Shown: positions 1 to 9,284 of the stretch, piece after piece
Layout of the letters: each line of letters begins with the position of its first letter
Position numbering within the stretch: position 1 is the stretch's first letter
NCBI RefSeq assembly: GCF_017348835.2
Contig: NZ_CP072315.1
Length of the DNA: 64,000 nucleotides
Reading direction: 5' to 3' (one strand)
DNA from: Escherichia coli
GTDB lineage: Bacteria > Pseudomonadota > Gammaproteobacteria > Enterobacterales > Enterobacteriaceae
The notes under the pieces: model-generated
The model's database searches: none
Seen by the model: the letters and a program-made list of their open reading frames with translations, nothing else
Told to the model about the DNA's origin: nothing
Program-made: the position numbers and the translations under genes

Positions 1-47
1 GATATCATTACCTAATAACTTGGTGAAAGAAAATCTGTAATTTTTAG

Positions 48-425
48 TTAACTAAAATTAATAGTCTCAATACTGCTCAAGAATTCTTTTTTTACGTCCG
101 GTGTAAAAGGTATACGTTCAATGTATTTATAAAGTGTCGCAAATGTTTTGGGTTCAATGTTTCGGGAGATAATGTCATCAATCGGATCTTCGAACATATT
201 GATAAAGATATCGACATGCTGCTCTCCGCTTTCTGATGCCTTTGAAAGAAGACTGACCACTTCAATGTAGCGATTATCCTGCTCTGCAATGAACAACCAG
301 TGCCCTTCGTTAAAGGCGGGTGCAGCGCTGTAGCGTTTAACAACAATTTCTGAAAGATTATATCCTGCCTGATTCAGCAGATTATTAAAGTTGAGTTGAG
401 TTGAAATCACGTCTAACGTTTTCAT
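48..425 (-). CDS. hypothetical protein (125 aa)
   Basis: Complete ORF with AAGGAGG Shine-Dalgarno about 7 nt upstream of the ATG; no family recognised by eye. Confidence 0.5.
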   Translation of the reverse strand: MKTLDVISTQLNFNNLLNQAGYNLSEIVVKRYSAAPAFNEGHWLFIAEQDNRYIEVVSLLSKASESGEQHVDIFINMFEDPIDDIISRNIEPKTFATLYKYIERIPFTPDVKKEFLSSIETINFS

Positions 426-594
426 AAAACCTCCTTTTCATCTGTACTTATTATACTGTTACCCAACCCCCAGCTAATAACCTCCCAGCAAATTTTCAGA
501 AAAAAAACACCGCCTTTTATTTAAGATTGAACACATCCTTTTTAAATACCAACAATGATTATGAAACCACAATGTAAGTGAAGCGCCATTATGG

Positions 595-607
595 AAAAGT
601 AACTTTT
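595..607. promoter_or_regulatory. palindrome site AAAAGTAACTTTT (member of dispersed AAAGTNACTTT family)
   Basis: Exact 13-bp palindrome read directly, about 170 bp upstream of the ORF starting at 425; function inferred only from over-representation. Confidence 0.4.
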
Positions 608-832
608 GTGCAGCTCATAAATTTTATTTATTAGTTACGTTCCTTTGTCTTGTGGTCGAAGTTCATCAGGCGAGGCCTAAGAAGAATATGTGTGGTTTCA
701 GCCAATGCGGTGATCGGGCATTATAATTTGGTCGGGCTATTATACGTGGGTAAAGGTAGTGGTAGGGAGAGGATCAGGTTAAATTGCATTTTCCCGGTTG
801 CCTTCCCTGGCCTACCGGTTTCAGGTCAGACG

Positions 833-2014
833 CTAAGACCAGCGGTAATACTTAAAGTAGTCCTCATTTACAGCCAAAAACTCCCTTAAACCGTTCATTA
901 ATCCCTTTTCAAACGCTGTAACGATAAACCGGTATCCGTCCAGTGTTTCAATGTAGTAGATCCCGCCCGGTGTTATTCCAACATGCAACACCTCGGCTGT
1001 CATCATAAACTGGCCTTCCGGAAAATCATGCGACAGGTATATAAAACCCGTCGTGGCCGGTGCGGGTGTGGCATTCACTAAGACACCGTTAAACTGCTGC
1101 CCGTGCCTCGCCGGTACAAGCTCACTTCCCCTGGTTGACTTATCGAGCAGCCCCTTAACATCTTTTTGCTCTTTAGATGAGGTATAGCCCCGCACATCAC
1201 TCCCATCACCTGGGCGAGAGCCGGTGCCGACATGTGCAAGACGACGGTAAGCGCTGCGCATATTGATGTGGCAGGATGCCCCGGCTCTACCCTGAAGCCT
1301 TACGCCAAAATCTTCGCAAAGTAATAAAATCTGACGTAGCTGGTGTTCATACACGGACGCAGAAAGTGAAAGGTTGAAACTGGAAAAGGTCAGTTCTAAA
1401 ACCTTTTCCCGTTTGTCATTGAAATGTGCTTCCAGCCTGATGATTGGCTTTTCCGACATTGCAAAAGCTTTGTCCGTTGCTCTGTACCGGCATTCATCTC
1501 CGAAACATTCTTCAACAACGCTGGCTATAACCGTGTCGTGATCGCCATCTTCCGGAGCTGGCACAAAGATTTCAAATTGTGCCGGTGTCTCCGGCTCCAG
1601 CAGAACGGGATATAAACGCGGAGAATTAAGCAATGCGCATTCAGAATTAATGAGCTTAACCCAGGCGCTTTTGTCGTCCGGATCCTTAAGCTGCTGTCCA
1701 AGGTTATCGCAAAAGTCTACTATCTGACGGGTATGCTCATCCGTGACTGCACAGATCAGGTTAAGACCATGCGTGGCCATACTCAATTCCCGGGTTCGGG
1801 ACTGGGAATTGATCGACCAGGGGTTAAGTGAAAGCGAAATAGGGCTTATGGAAGGGACGACCGTCTCATTCTGCAAATCTGTAAGCTGGCAGTTCGCAGT
1901 AGGCTTCGGGGAAAGGGTACTAAATATGTAACTTGCCTGTTGTTTAGTACTGGCCTGGATATAAAACATCGCGTCCATGCTTGTATCCCGGGATGAAATT
2001 GAAAATAGCTTCAT
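833..2014 (-). CDS. hypothetical protein (393 aa), immediately downstream of higB-like gene
   Basis: ORF starts 9 nt after the higB-like stop with an AAGG RBS; no HTH or other motif recognised. Confidence 0.5.
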   Translation of the reverse strand: MKLFSISSRDTSMDAMFYIQASTKQQASYIFSTLSPKPTANCQLTDLQNETVVPSISPISLSLNPWSINSQSRTRELSMATHGLNLICAVTDEHTRQIVDFCDNLGQQLKDPDDKSAWVKLINSECALLNSPRLYPVLLEPETPAQFEIFVPAPEDGDHDTVIASVVEECFGDECRYRATDKAFAMSEKPIIRLEAHFNDKREKVLELTFSSFNLSLSASVYEHQLRQILLLCEDFGVRLQGRAGASCHINMRSAYRRLAHVGTGSRPGDGSDVRGYTSSKEQKDVKGLLDKSTRGSELVPARHGQQFNGVLVNATPAPATTGFIYLSHDFPEGQFMMTAEVLHVGITPGGIYYIETLDGYRFIVTAFEKGLMNGLREFLAVNEDYFKYYRWS

Positions 2015-2022
2015 TTTTAACC

Positions 2023-2319
2023 TTAATGGATGAGCGATTTATAGTCATGTGCTGACAAATGGACATTATGTGCGCCATCATTCCATTCAAAGAATAATCG
2101 ATACTTAGAGTTTACTCGAATGGAGGAATAACGGTTTGACGTCATTCTTAAGCGTTCATAACGCAAGCTGTTGGATAATAACTCCCGCTCACTCTGGACA
2201 TTATCCAGCGTTTCGAGTCGACACAGAATCGCGTTAATAATTTCAGAAGGAATACCTGCCGTTGTTTTTCCATTACGGAAGAACTTTTCAAGCCGTCTGT
2301 CTTTAAATGAATGGATCAT
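2023..2319 (-). CDS. higB: HigB-like type II toxin (RelE/ParE superfamily, plasmid killer family)
   Basis: N-terminal MIHSFKDRRLEKFF and C-terminal YRLFFEWNDGAHNVHL..HDY resemble HigB family signatures; GGAGG RBS upstream. Confidence 0.6.
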   Translation of the reverse strand: MIHSFKDRRLEKFFRNGKTTAGIPSEIINAILCRLETLDNVQSERELLSNSLRYERLRMTSNRYSSIRVNSKYRLFFEWNDGAHNVHLSAHDYKSLIH

Positions 2320-2368
2320 AGTTCCTCCGTAATAATTGACCTTAAAATTAAATTAAAAGGGCTTTGAA

Positions 2369-2839
2369 TTAATGAATCCCTAAAATGCGGGCGGCGACTG
2401 CCAGCTGCTTATCACTTAACTGACGCTGGTGGGTTAAAGAAGACTTAAGGCTTTCCAGAAAATTATTACTGCTGGATTGCTGGGTGATTGCATCAACCAT
2501 TTTTTGATGAGATCTGCACCATGCATTGAACGCAGAGTTGTGGGCGTTTTCAGTCCTCAAACGCTCGTTTTGCAAGGATGCTGACACTTTGCGGGCAGCT
2601 TGAGCATTAATGCGGTACAGCGCATTCAGCGTGTAAGCAGTGCGGGTCGTTTCGAGGCTGTAACCCGTGGCTTTACAAGCCATACAGCGACTTCTATAAA
2701 AATGCTTACGCTCTCCCCGACCATTGCATTTATCGCAAAGAATACGAAAAGTATATTCCGCAGTACCTTTTACAGAATCAACACAGCGGATTTTTGCGCT
2801 GGAGATTTCAATTCCACTGCGATCATAATATTTGGTCAT
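2369..2839 (-). CDS. zinc-ribbon protein (156 aa), function unknown
   Basis: Paired CxxC motifs (CDKCNGRG ... CMACKATG); GGAGG RBS upstream. Confidence 0.5.
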   Translation of the reverse strand: MTKYYDRSGIEISSAKIRCVDSVKGTAEYTFRILCDKCNGRGERKHFYRSRCMACKATGYSLETTRTAYTLNALYRINAQAARKVSASLQNERLRTENAHNSAFNAWCRSHQKMVDAITQQSSSNNFLESLKSSLTHQRQLSDKQLAVAARILGIH

Positions 2840-3105
2840 AATGTGATTCCTCCGGTTAGTTCTGGAGTAATCATGACAGAATGAATCTACTGGCTAATAA
2901 CCTGAGAGTAAATATTTTAAAAAAACATTGAGAGAGGGTCTGCAAATTTATACACGAAGGATTCAAATATAATTTTGTTTAAAAAATTAAGAGCATTCTG
3001 AAGTAAAAGTGCATCAAAAAGCATTCATGGATAAATCATGTACTGGTGCCAGCCATTTAAACGCGGGCATTGTTCCGGAGTGATTAAACGGTTTAGCATC
3101 ATAGA

Positions 3106-3132
3106 TTAAAACCAAAAGGAAGGCGTCCTTCC
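3106..3132 (-). terminator. putative rho-independent terminator downstream of Ig-like gene 1
   Basis: Perfect hairpin GGAAGG-CGT-CCTTCC followed on the minus strand by TTTTGGTTTT. Confidence 0.5.
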
Positions 3133-3273
3133 CGTCTCGGGAATATTACTTTCCCGTTTGCAATTTAAGAGCCACTTAATGAGAAAGTAATAATTAAGTC
3201 ATGCTCAACTCTACATATTACATTGAGGATGGCGTAACAGGGTACGGCATACTACCGCACCCTTCTGAAGAGC

Positions 3274-5664
3274 TTATGTTTGAGGGAATTCTATAGCAAA
3301 TGTGGCCGTGCCAGATTGACCACTTACAGCGGGAGTAACGGGATACGTGCGCTCTTCACCATTACCAAGATCCAGTGACAGCGATTTAGTTTCACCAGGC
3401 TGGACCGTAACTCCGGCAACCGTAACGCCGAACTGGGCATTTTTCTGAACAGTCAGGGTTCCGTTTAACTGTCCGGTAATGATAGAACCGTCCTGACGCC
3501 GCAACACACTGGTTCGGATGATGGCCAGCGGCGTGTTGTCCGTTGCTTTCAGTGCTACGGCTGTGGCCAGCGTCTTGAGATTATCCAGCATAATCAGATT
3601 CGCAGGCTGGTAGGTAAAATTAAGCGTTTTAGTGGTCCGGTTACCTGATTCGTCAATAGCCAGTGCCTCCAGATGATACATCTGTCCCGATTCGTCAGTG
3701 TTGGGGAAGATTCTGGGGTATTCCGGAATAAAGACATCCTTGGATAACGGCGTGAATGCCAGGGTGACCTTTTCAGAGTTAGGTCCACCAGCGAGCTGAA
3801 GCGATGTCAGGGAAGCATCCCCAGAGGCATCAGTAACGCTTATGCGAAGGTTCTCAAGCCCTTTAACCAGTTTTCCTTCTGCGTCTGCGCCATTAAAACT
3901 GAACGCGATAACCGGAAGCGTTGAGTCAATTTTCAGCGGTGCATTAAGCGTTTTGGTTCCGGTGTTTCCAACAAGATCCGTGGCAGAGACGCTAACCACC
4001 GTATAATCCCCGTCCGGTAGACCAGCGTATGAGAAGGTGGCGTTTTTGGTTTTATAATCGCTTTCACTGACGGTCACAGGCTTCAGCGTGAAAGGTTCCC
4101 CCCGGGCATTTTTAAGGGTGGCTTCGAAAACTTTGGTATCCCAGTAGCTGATGTTCCAGGCGTTGACGCGATCATTATCGGTGGCCGTCATAGTGATTGT
4201 CTTGGAGGCCTTGTTTACCTGAGCGACATTAACCACCGGTGGGTTGTTATCCCAGATAACCGTAAAATTACCAGCAAGCGCATCGAATATGCTGTCACCA
4301 TCTTTTCCCGAGTAAAGGTGCAGATACTCAAATCCTTTGTCACTGGTGTAGTTGAAGTTAACCGTCATCTCGCATGAACTTTGTCCGATAGGTATAGTGC
4401 AGAACCAGGCTGCATTTTTTACCGTTCTGAACTTTTGCACGTATGGTCGGGGTTCAGCGGTTACCTTTATGCGGCTAATGGTGGCGGTTTTAACGCTGAT
4501 TGAGGCCTGAGTTAACCACTCACTGGTATCACTCCGGTACATCTCTTTAGCCACTATCTTCGGGGCTATTTCCATCGCCGGGGCTGGAGTGAAGTTGAGG
4601 GAGTTATGATGAATTCGTCTTACTCCTCCTGCCAGAGTCTGGAATTCATGATAAGTATCCCCCACATTGGGATATATGTATTTGAAAGTATAAATATTAT
4701 AAGTGCTATCGGACGTCTGGAAATTCGAGTCCGCCCAGCCATATTTGGAACCGTTAACAGCAGTAAAGTCACTTTTTTTCCTTAATACCCGTACGGAAAT
4801 AGGGTTCTGGAAGACGGTCATGCCAGACTGATAAGTGACCCATGATCCGGTAGTGGCGTCCTGCACCTGGATGATATCGTCAGGCTTAACCCGATCAATT
4901 ACGCTTCGGCGGCTTAGTTCGATCCTGTTTCCCGCTTTGTCATAAAGGTAGATCCCCACTTTATATTCAGAGCGGTTTTCCGGTGCCAGGGCATTGCTGC
5001 TTGCGTCGGCGACTTGAACGGTTACGCTACCTTCCACTGTATTAATTTCCGCTGGCTTTTTACGCTCCACTCCAGCGGCATCGGTTATGAAATATTCAGC
5101 ATTAGCAAGCCCGGAACCTTTATCACTCAGTCCATTAAAGACCAGTGCCTGGACGCTGGCGTACTGCATACCGGCTGGTACTGAAGTGAAGATCGCTTCG
5201 CTGCCAAAGTTCCACCCGTTTCTCGTATAACTTATGGTACCCGTTGCCGGAGGCGTTCGGTCAATTGCAAGCGGGTAATCCTGCCGGGAGACCTCCTTCC
5301 CTTGCAAGTCGGTAATCACCTCTCTGAGGGTGAAGCTATCTTCTCCCATCGCTGGTACGGTCAGAGTCTTGCCGTAATAATCAAAGCCTGTCGAAGATGT
5401 GGTACGGTCATCTACGGTAACCAGGCTGCTTTTCGTGCTCCAGATGAGGCTCCCGTCACTTTTCAGCAGACTGAGCGTAATATAACGGTCCAGACCGGAA
5501 ATAACGGCAACGTCAAAGCTCGTTACCGGATTAATCCATACGGATGCAGGCGATACGGTCTTTTTAACGTTCAGGGTATCTTTAAAGCTGAATTCTGCGA
5601 TTTCAGCGGAAGCTCCTGCGCTGAAACCTGCAAATGCAATAAGCAGGGCTAGTTTGATTTTCAT
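3274..5664 (-). CDS. large secreted Ig-like/adhesin-like protein, ~800-aa paralog 1
   Basis: Start moved to the Met preceded by AGGAGA RBS (track start 5691); signal peptide MKIKLALLIAFAGFSAGASA; shares CxIPxGxxSC motif and C-terminal GLENLRI..LAGGP..NFTYQPANL module with ORFs at 9285 and 17587. Confidence 0.7.
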   Translation of the reverse strand: MKIKLALLIAFAGFSAGASAEIAEFSFKDTLNVKKTVSPASVWINPVTSFDVAVISGLDRYITLSLLKSDGSLIWSTKSSLVTVDDRTTSSTGFDYYGKTLTVPAMGEDSFTLREVITDLQGKEVSRQDYPLAIDRTPPATGTISYTRNGWNFGSEAIFTSVPAGMQYASVQALVFNGLSDKGSGLANAEYFITDAAGVERKKPAEINTVEGSVTVQVADASSNALAPENRSEYKVGIYLYDKAGNRIELSRRSVIDRVKPDDIIQVQDATTGSWVTYQSGMTVFQNPISVRVLRKKSDFTAVNGSKYGWADSNFQTSDSTYNIYTFKYIYPNVGDTYHEFQTLAGGVRRIHHNSLNFTPAPAMEIAPKIVAKEMYRSDTSEWLTQASISVKTATISRIKVTAEPRPYVQKFRTVKNAAWFCTIPIGQSSCEMTVNFNYTSDKGFEYLHLYSGKDGDSIFDALAGNFTVIWDNNPPVVNVAQVNKASKTITMTATDNDRVNAWNISYWDTKVFEATLKNARGEPFTLKPVTVSESDYKTKNATFSYAGLPDGDYTVVSVSATDLVGNTGTKTLNAPLKIDSTLPVIAFSFNGADAEGKLVKGLENLRISVTDASGDASLTSLQLAGGPNSEKVTLAFTPLSKDVFIPEYPRIFPNTDESGQMYHLEALAIDESGNRTTKTLNFTYQPANLIMLDNLKTLATAVALKATDNTPLAIIRTSVLRRQDGSIITGQLNGTLTVQKNAQFGVTVAGVTVQPGETKSLSLDLGNGEERTYPVTPAVSGQSGTATFAIEFPQT
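4765..4775. promoter_or_regulatory. palindrome site AAAGTCACTTT (dispersed family)
   Basis: 11-bp core palindrome read directly, inside Ig-like gene 1. Confidence 0.3.
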
Positions 5665-6224
5665 GGGTTGTCTCCTGATCAGGTTCCCCATGATACTTTT
5701 TCAGTGTTCGAGATCTTTTCGGGAAAATAGCTAATTTTAATGTTTTTCTTTTCTGCCCGGCGGGACCTGTTTTGTTCCATTTTTATCAGTGAATGTAATG
5801 AGACCGATTCGTCCACTGTTAACAGTGTAAAAGCGAGGTTGAAAGCCAGCTTTGAGAAGGTTTTCAATAGCTGAAAAAAAATCTTTTTTGAGCATTGGTT
5901 TCAAGATGGTTTTCCTTTTATGCCCGGTGCCGCCGGGACGGTGGCATTAAATATACGCCATGTAAGTAAATTAATTTTTACCCATTTGATTGTCAATACA
6001 AACAAAAAATAAACCATGTTTATTATTTTACCAGCGATGCTATTTTAAAGTCCGTCTAAAATAAAAAACCAAAAAGTTAAATTTGAAGCCATCCTTCCTA
6101 AATTCATTTCTTGCGCATATTAGCCCCTGCTTTAAGTATATAATTTTTGAAAAAGTTGTCTGGAGGTTATTAGCTCGTGCATCTGGATTGTTAATATAAA
6201 GCCAACACAGAAAAGGAAAACAAA

Positions 6225-6989
6225 ATGTATAAATTAGTATCTCCTCGTGAACTGACTGAGATTATTACCGGTTTACTGCTTAAACCTGAACTCCTTGGTG
6301 AGCTGGACTCACCAGAAAAGCATCGGATGTTTATGGCAGATTTAGGCCGGGTGGTGGCAGAACATTGTGGAGGTCTGGTAAACAGCGTCGTCTTGCCAGG
6401 AGCTGAAGTTACAGTGCCGGATGGGTTACCGCTTAACGGCCAGCCAGTACGTTATCTCGGAATCAAAGAGAGCATCCCTCACCTCCTTGTAGAGCCTGAT
6501 GCTTCCTTACCTTCGCTCGCTAAAAACGTCTGGATGTATGCAGATCCTGAAGGCTGGAAAGAACATTTTGGAGCTGAGGAAGACTGCCTTACTCATGAAA
6601 TGATGCAGCTGTTCCGTAAAGGTATCCAGGCTCTTCAGAAGGAGCATGATACCCCTGAAATTAGCCTCACACTTCAGGACTGGCGCCTGGAGGAGGAAAC
6701 ACTGAGAGAAGAGGACAGTCAGGCCTATCAGGTCAGCGTTACCGGCCAACATAACATCCACTGTGAAGTTGTTAACAAGGAAGGTAACCCCTGTTTTGGT
6801 GTCATGTTCGAAATCGATCAGGGTGTGCCTGCCTTACACATCAACACCGGCGGGGATATGTTGCTCCACATTCATTGCGCCCATAACGGACTCGTTCTGA
6901 CCCCTGATGCAAGCGGTCAGCGATTTGAGAAGGCTCCCGTTGACCGCTTCGCTTATAACAGCCCATCCCTGCTGTTGTCTGCCGACTAA
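6225..6989 (+). CDS. hypothetical protein (254 aa)
   Basis: Complete ORF after a long AT-rich intergenic region; no motif recognised. Confidence 0.5.
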   Translation: MYKLVSPRELTEIITGLLLKPELLGELDSPEKHRMFMADLGRVVAEHCGGLVNSVVLPGAEVTVPDGLPLNGQPVRYLGIKESIPHLLVEPDASLPSLAKNVWMYADPEGWKEHFGAEEDCLTHEMMQLFRKGIQALQKEHDTPEISLTLQDWRLEEETLREEDSQAYQVSVTGQHNIHCEVVNKEGNPCFGVMFEIDQGVPALHINTGGDMLLHIHCAHNGLVLTPDASGQRFEKAPVDRFAYNSPSLLLSAD

Positions 6990-7069
6990 CCAAGGCCAAA
7001 TCTGAATTGTCCTGTTTAAGTAACCAACCCGCTGCCGCCAGGCGGGTAAATCCTCTTAATGGAGTTTTA

Positions 7070-7831
7070 ATGCAAATCTCAACTGAAGTTCTGAACGTCT
7101 TATCTCGCTGCCGTGCTGAAGGGAACTTTCTTTTCCTGGCCGACCAGCTCGACCGCAGCATTTATGTTAAGACAAACAAAGTGCTGGAAGCTGCCGGTGG
7201 CAAATGGAACCGAAAAGAGCAGGCACATATTTTTACGGCGGATGCAGCTGAGCGTATCGAGCAAATCATTCTGACAGGTTCGGTCGACATCCCACGTGAT
7301 TTGTTCAATTTCTTCCCTACCCCTGAGAATTTAGTCACAGATATGGTTCTACGCGCTGAACCAGCTGCCGGGGAACGTGTTCTGGAGCCTGAGTTTGGTG
7401 ATGGCCGCATTCTGAAAGCCTTAAAACTGGCGGCTCCGGATGCATTGATTACCGGGATCGAATTGAACGATGAGCGATTCCTTGCAGTGAAGAACGATAG
7501 TGTCCTTAGCACAGGGGCCGAGCTGGTGCATACCGACTTTCTTGGGTACCAGCCCGATGAAACTTTTGATGTTATCGTTATGAATCCACCATTCCTTAAA
7601 CGCTCTGACGTTAAACATGTCATGCATGCCATCGCAATGCTCGCTAAGCGAGGTCGCTTACAGGCCATTCTGTCAGCTGGGGTATTGTTCCGGGAAGACA
7701 CACTGACAAAAGCGCTCAGGGAGCGAGTCAAACAACTTGGCGGACAAATTTCGCCTCTTCCGGATGATACATTTAGGGAGTCCGGAACAAAGGTCAAAAC
7801 AGCCCGCCTTGAAATTGATCTTCGCCGCTAA
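7070..7831 (+). CDS. orphan SAM-dependent N6-adenine methyltransferase (NPPF type)
   Basis: Motif I LEPEFGDGRIL and motif IV VIVMNPPF; start set at the ATG with GGAG RBS 5 nt upstream (track start 7007); no adjacent restriction endonuclease. Confidence 0.65.
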   Translation: MQISTEVLNVLSRCRAEGNFLFLADQLDRSIYVKTNKVLEAAGGKWNRKEQAHIFTADAAERIEQIILTGSVDIPRDLFNFFPTPENLVTDMVLRAEPAAGERVLEPEFGDGRILKALKLAAPDALITGIELNDERFLAVKNDSVLSTGAELVHTDFLGYQPDETFDVIVMNPPFLKRSDVKHVMHAIAMLAKRGRLQAILSAGVLFREDTLTKALRERVKQLGGQISPLPDDTFRESGTKVKTARLEIDLRR

Positions 7832-7924
7832 CTGACAAGCAACCGGAAAGAAATCTTAATACGAGTAGCCGGTTAAAGTTACCTGACCGGCTTAACTGAC
7901 TAAATCAATAAAGAGTGAACAGAA

Positions 7925-8188
7925 ATGACGCATACTGCCGTTTCTCAGGCTAATAGTGCTTTGCAGCTACCCACGCTGGAGCATGTCTACGCACTTCTGA
8001 AAGCAAATTGTAAACCTGACCGCTTTGACGGGCGTGACGGACCCGTGTGGGGCCAGGAATACTCGTGGAATCTGGCAAAAGATCGCTTACAGGATCTGGA
8101 GAAATACGGTAAGGCATATGTCTCCCGTCATGAAGACCGTATGGGGGAAGGATTTAGTTTTGGTCCTGACCTGTTAATTATTCGCTAA
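7925..8188 (+). CDS. hypothetical protein (87 aa)
   Basis: Small complete ORF co-oriented with neighbours; weak RBS. Confidence 0.4.
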   Translation: MTHTAVSQANSALQLPTLEHVYALLKANCKPDRFDGRDGPVWGQEYSWNLAKDRLQDLEKYGKAYVSRHEDRMGEGFSFGPDLLIIR

Positions 8189-8208
8189 CGCTCTTAAGGC
8201 CTGATGAT

Positions 8209-8820
8209 ATGGTAAGCACAACTGGAAAAAATATGTTTTCAAAGCCTATGACCACTTTCACACCAGAACGTATTGAACAAATTTTGGAATTTTCCGAGGG
8301 TAGTAACCCAAGCGAAGCAATGAGTCTTAGAGCTGACGAAGTTGCTGTACTGGCACGTATTGGAAAGGCAGTTATGTCGATTGCGCCTGTTTATCAGTGC
8401 GAGTTTTGCCACCATGACGCAACCGGGCAACTTCAGTGGCACTGGGAAGATGTGAACAAAGCTTTTTATGATAAATACGATCCAGACAGACGCGGAAGAC
8501 GTCGAATCCTCTATACCGCCCCGCCGATGCCTTTAGTTTCGGCTGACCTGCTTAACATGGCTTCATCTGCTATTGAAGACTTGCTCACTAACAAAGACAG
8601 AAGTGGTGCGGGAATGTGGAATGACATTCCAGAACAGCTACGACGCGCAGCAGAACTGGTAATGGATAATAGCCGGGCCGCTGAAATAGAAGCGATGCTG
8701 ATGCGTCTTTATGTAGAATGTGACACCGGTGAGCGCAGAGGCAACGGCAGTCAATCTGGCGTAGCAATGCCTTCGTGGCAAACCGTTGAAGAGGCACGTG
8801 TGTTGCTGGGGGTGAAATGA
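8209..8820 (+). CDS. hypothetical protein (203 aa)
   Basis: Complete ORF, co-oriented; no motif recognised; alternative start at Met9. Confidence 0.45.
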   Translation: MVSTTGKNMFSKPMTTFTPERIEQILEFSEGSNPSEAMSLRADEVAVLARIGKAVMSIAPVYQCEFCHHDATGQLQWHWEDVNKAFYDKYDPDRRGRRRILYTAPPMPLVSADLLNMASSAIEDLLTNKDRSGAGMWNDIPEQLRRAAELVMDNSRAAEIEAMLMRLYVECDTGERRGNGSQSGVAMPSWQTVEEARVLLGVK

Positions 8821-9284
8821 TGCAGTTCTCGCCAGGGCAGTTTGTAATTCACAACAAGAAGCGCCTTGCGGAACGAAGGTAGACGTACTGACTGAGGTTC
8901 ACTCCCCTCTCGACTGGTGGCGTAATACCGCCAGGTTTTGATTCATATATGCCGTCCGTTAACGCATTTATATCTGTCATACCTAATTTATCCTGATTCT
9001 TTTTTACACAAAGTAAAAGCATCACTTAATGCGATATGTGGATGCCGATAGTTTCAGGCTAATGTTATAAGTTTTGCAATCGTTGCCAGTTTGGATACCA
9101 CAGCAATGTCAGATGTAATTCCAAAAAGAAAGATTTACGTCCTGAACGCACAATAAGGTTTGTCGAAAGGCAAATTATAGATTTGTAATTTCGAGCACCA
9201 TATGGAGAAGTTTTTTATACTTTTACGAACATAGTGACCTTTAGGAAAAGCTTAAAATAACACCAAACCTAAAGGGGAATAAGA

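Noticed and set aside
833-2014. 393-aa protein as a HigA antitoxin or HipA-like kinase
   Set aside because: No helix-turn-helix or kinase motifs seen; left as hypothetical and raised as a finding instead.
5302-5652. Embedded or antisense ORFs within the large Ig-like genes (also 3594-3788, 10376-10751, 19419-19631, 56610-57086)
   Set aside because: Overlap long, well-supported genes; no independent start signals.
7162-7797. 211-aa ORF antisense to the methyltransferase gene
   Set aside because: Fully overlaps a gene with clear methyltransferase motifs on the opposite strand; Ser/Arg-rich low-complexity translation.
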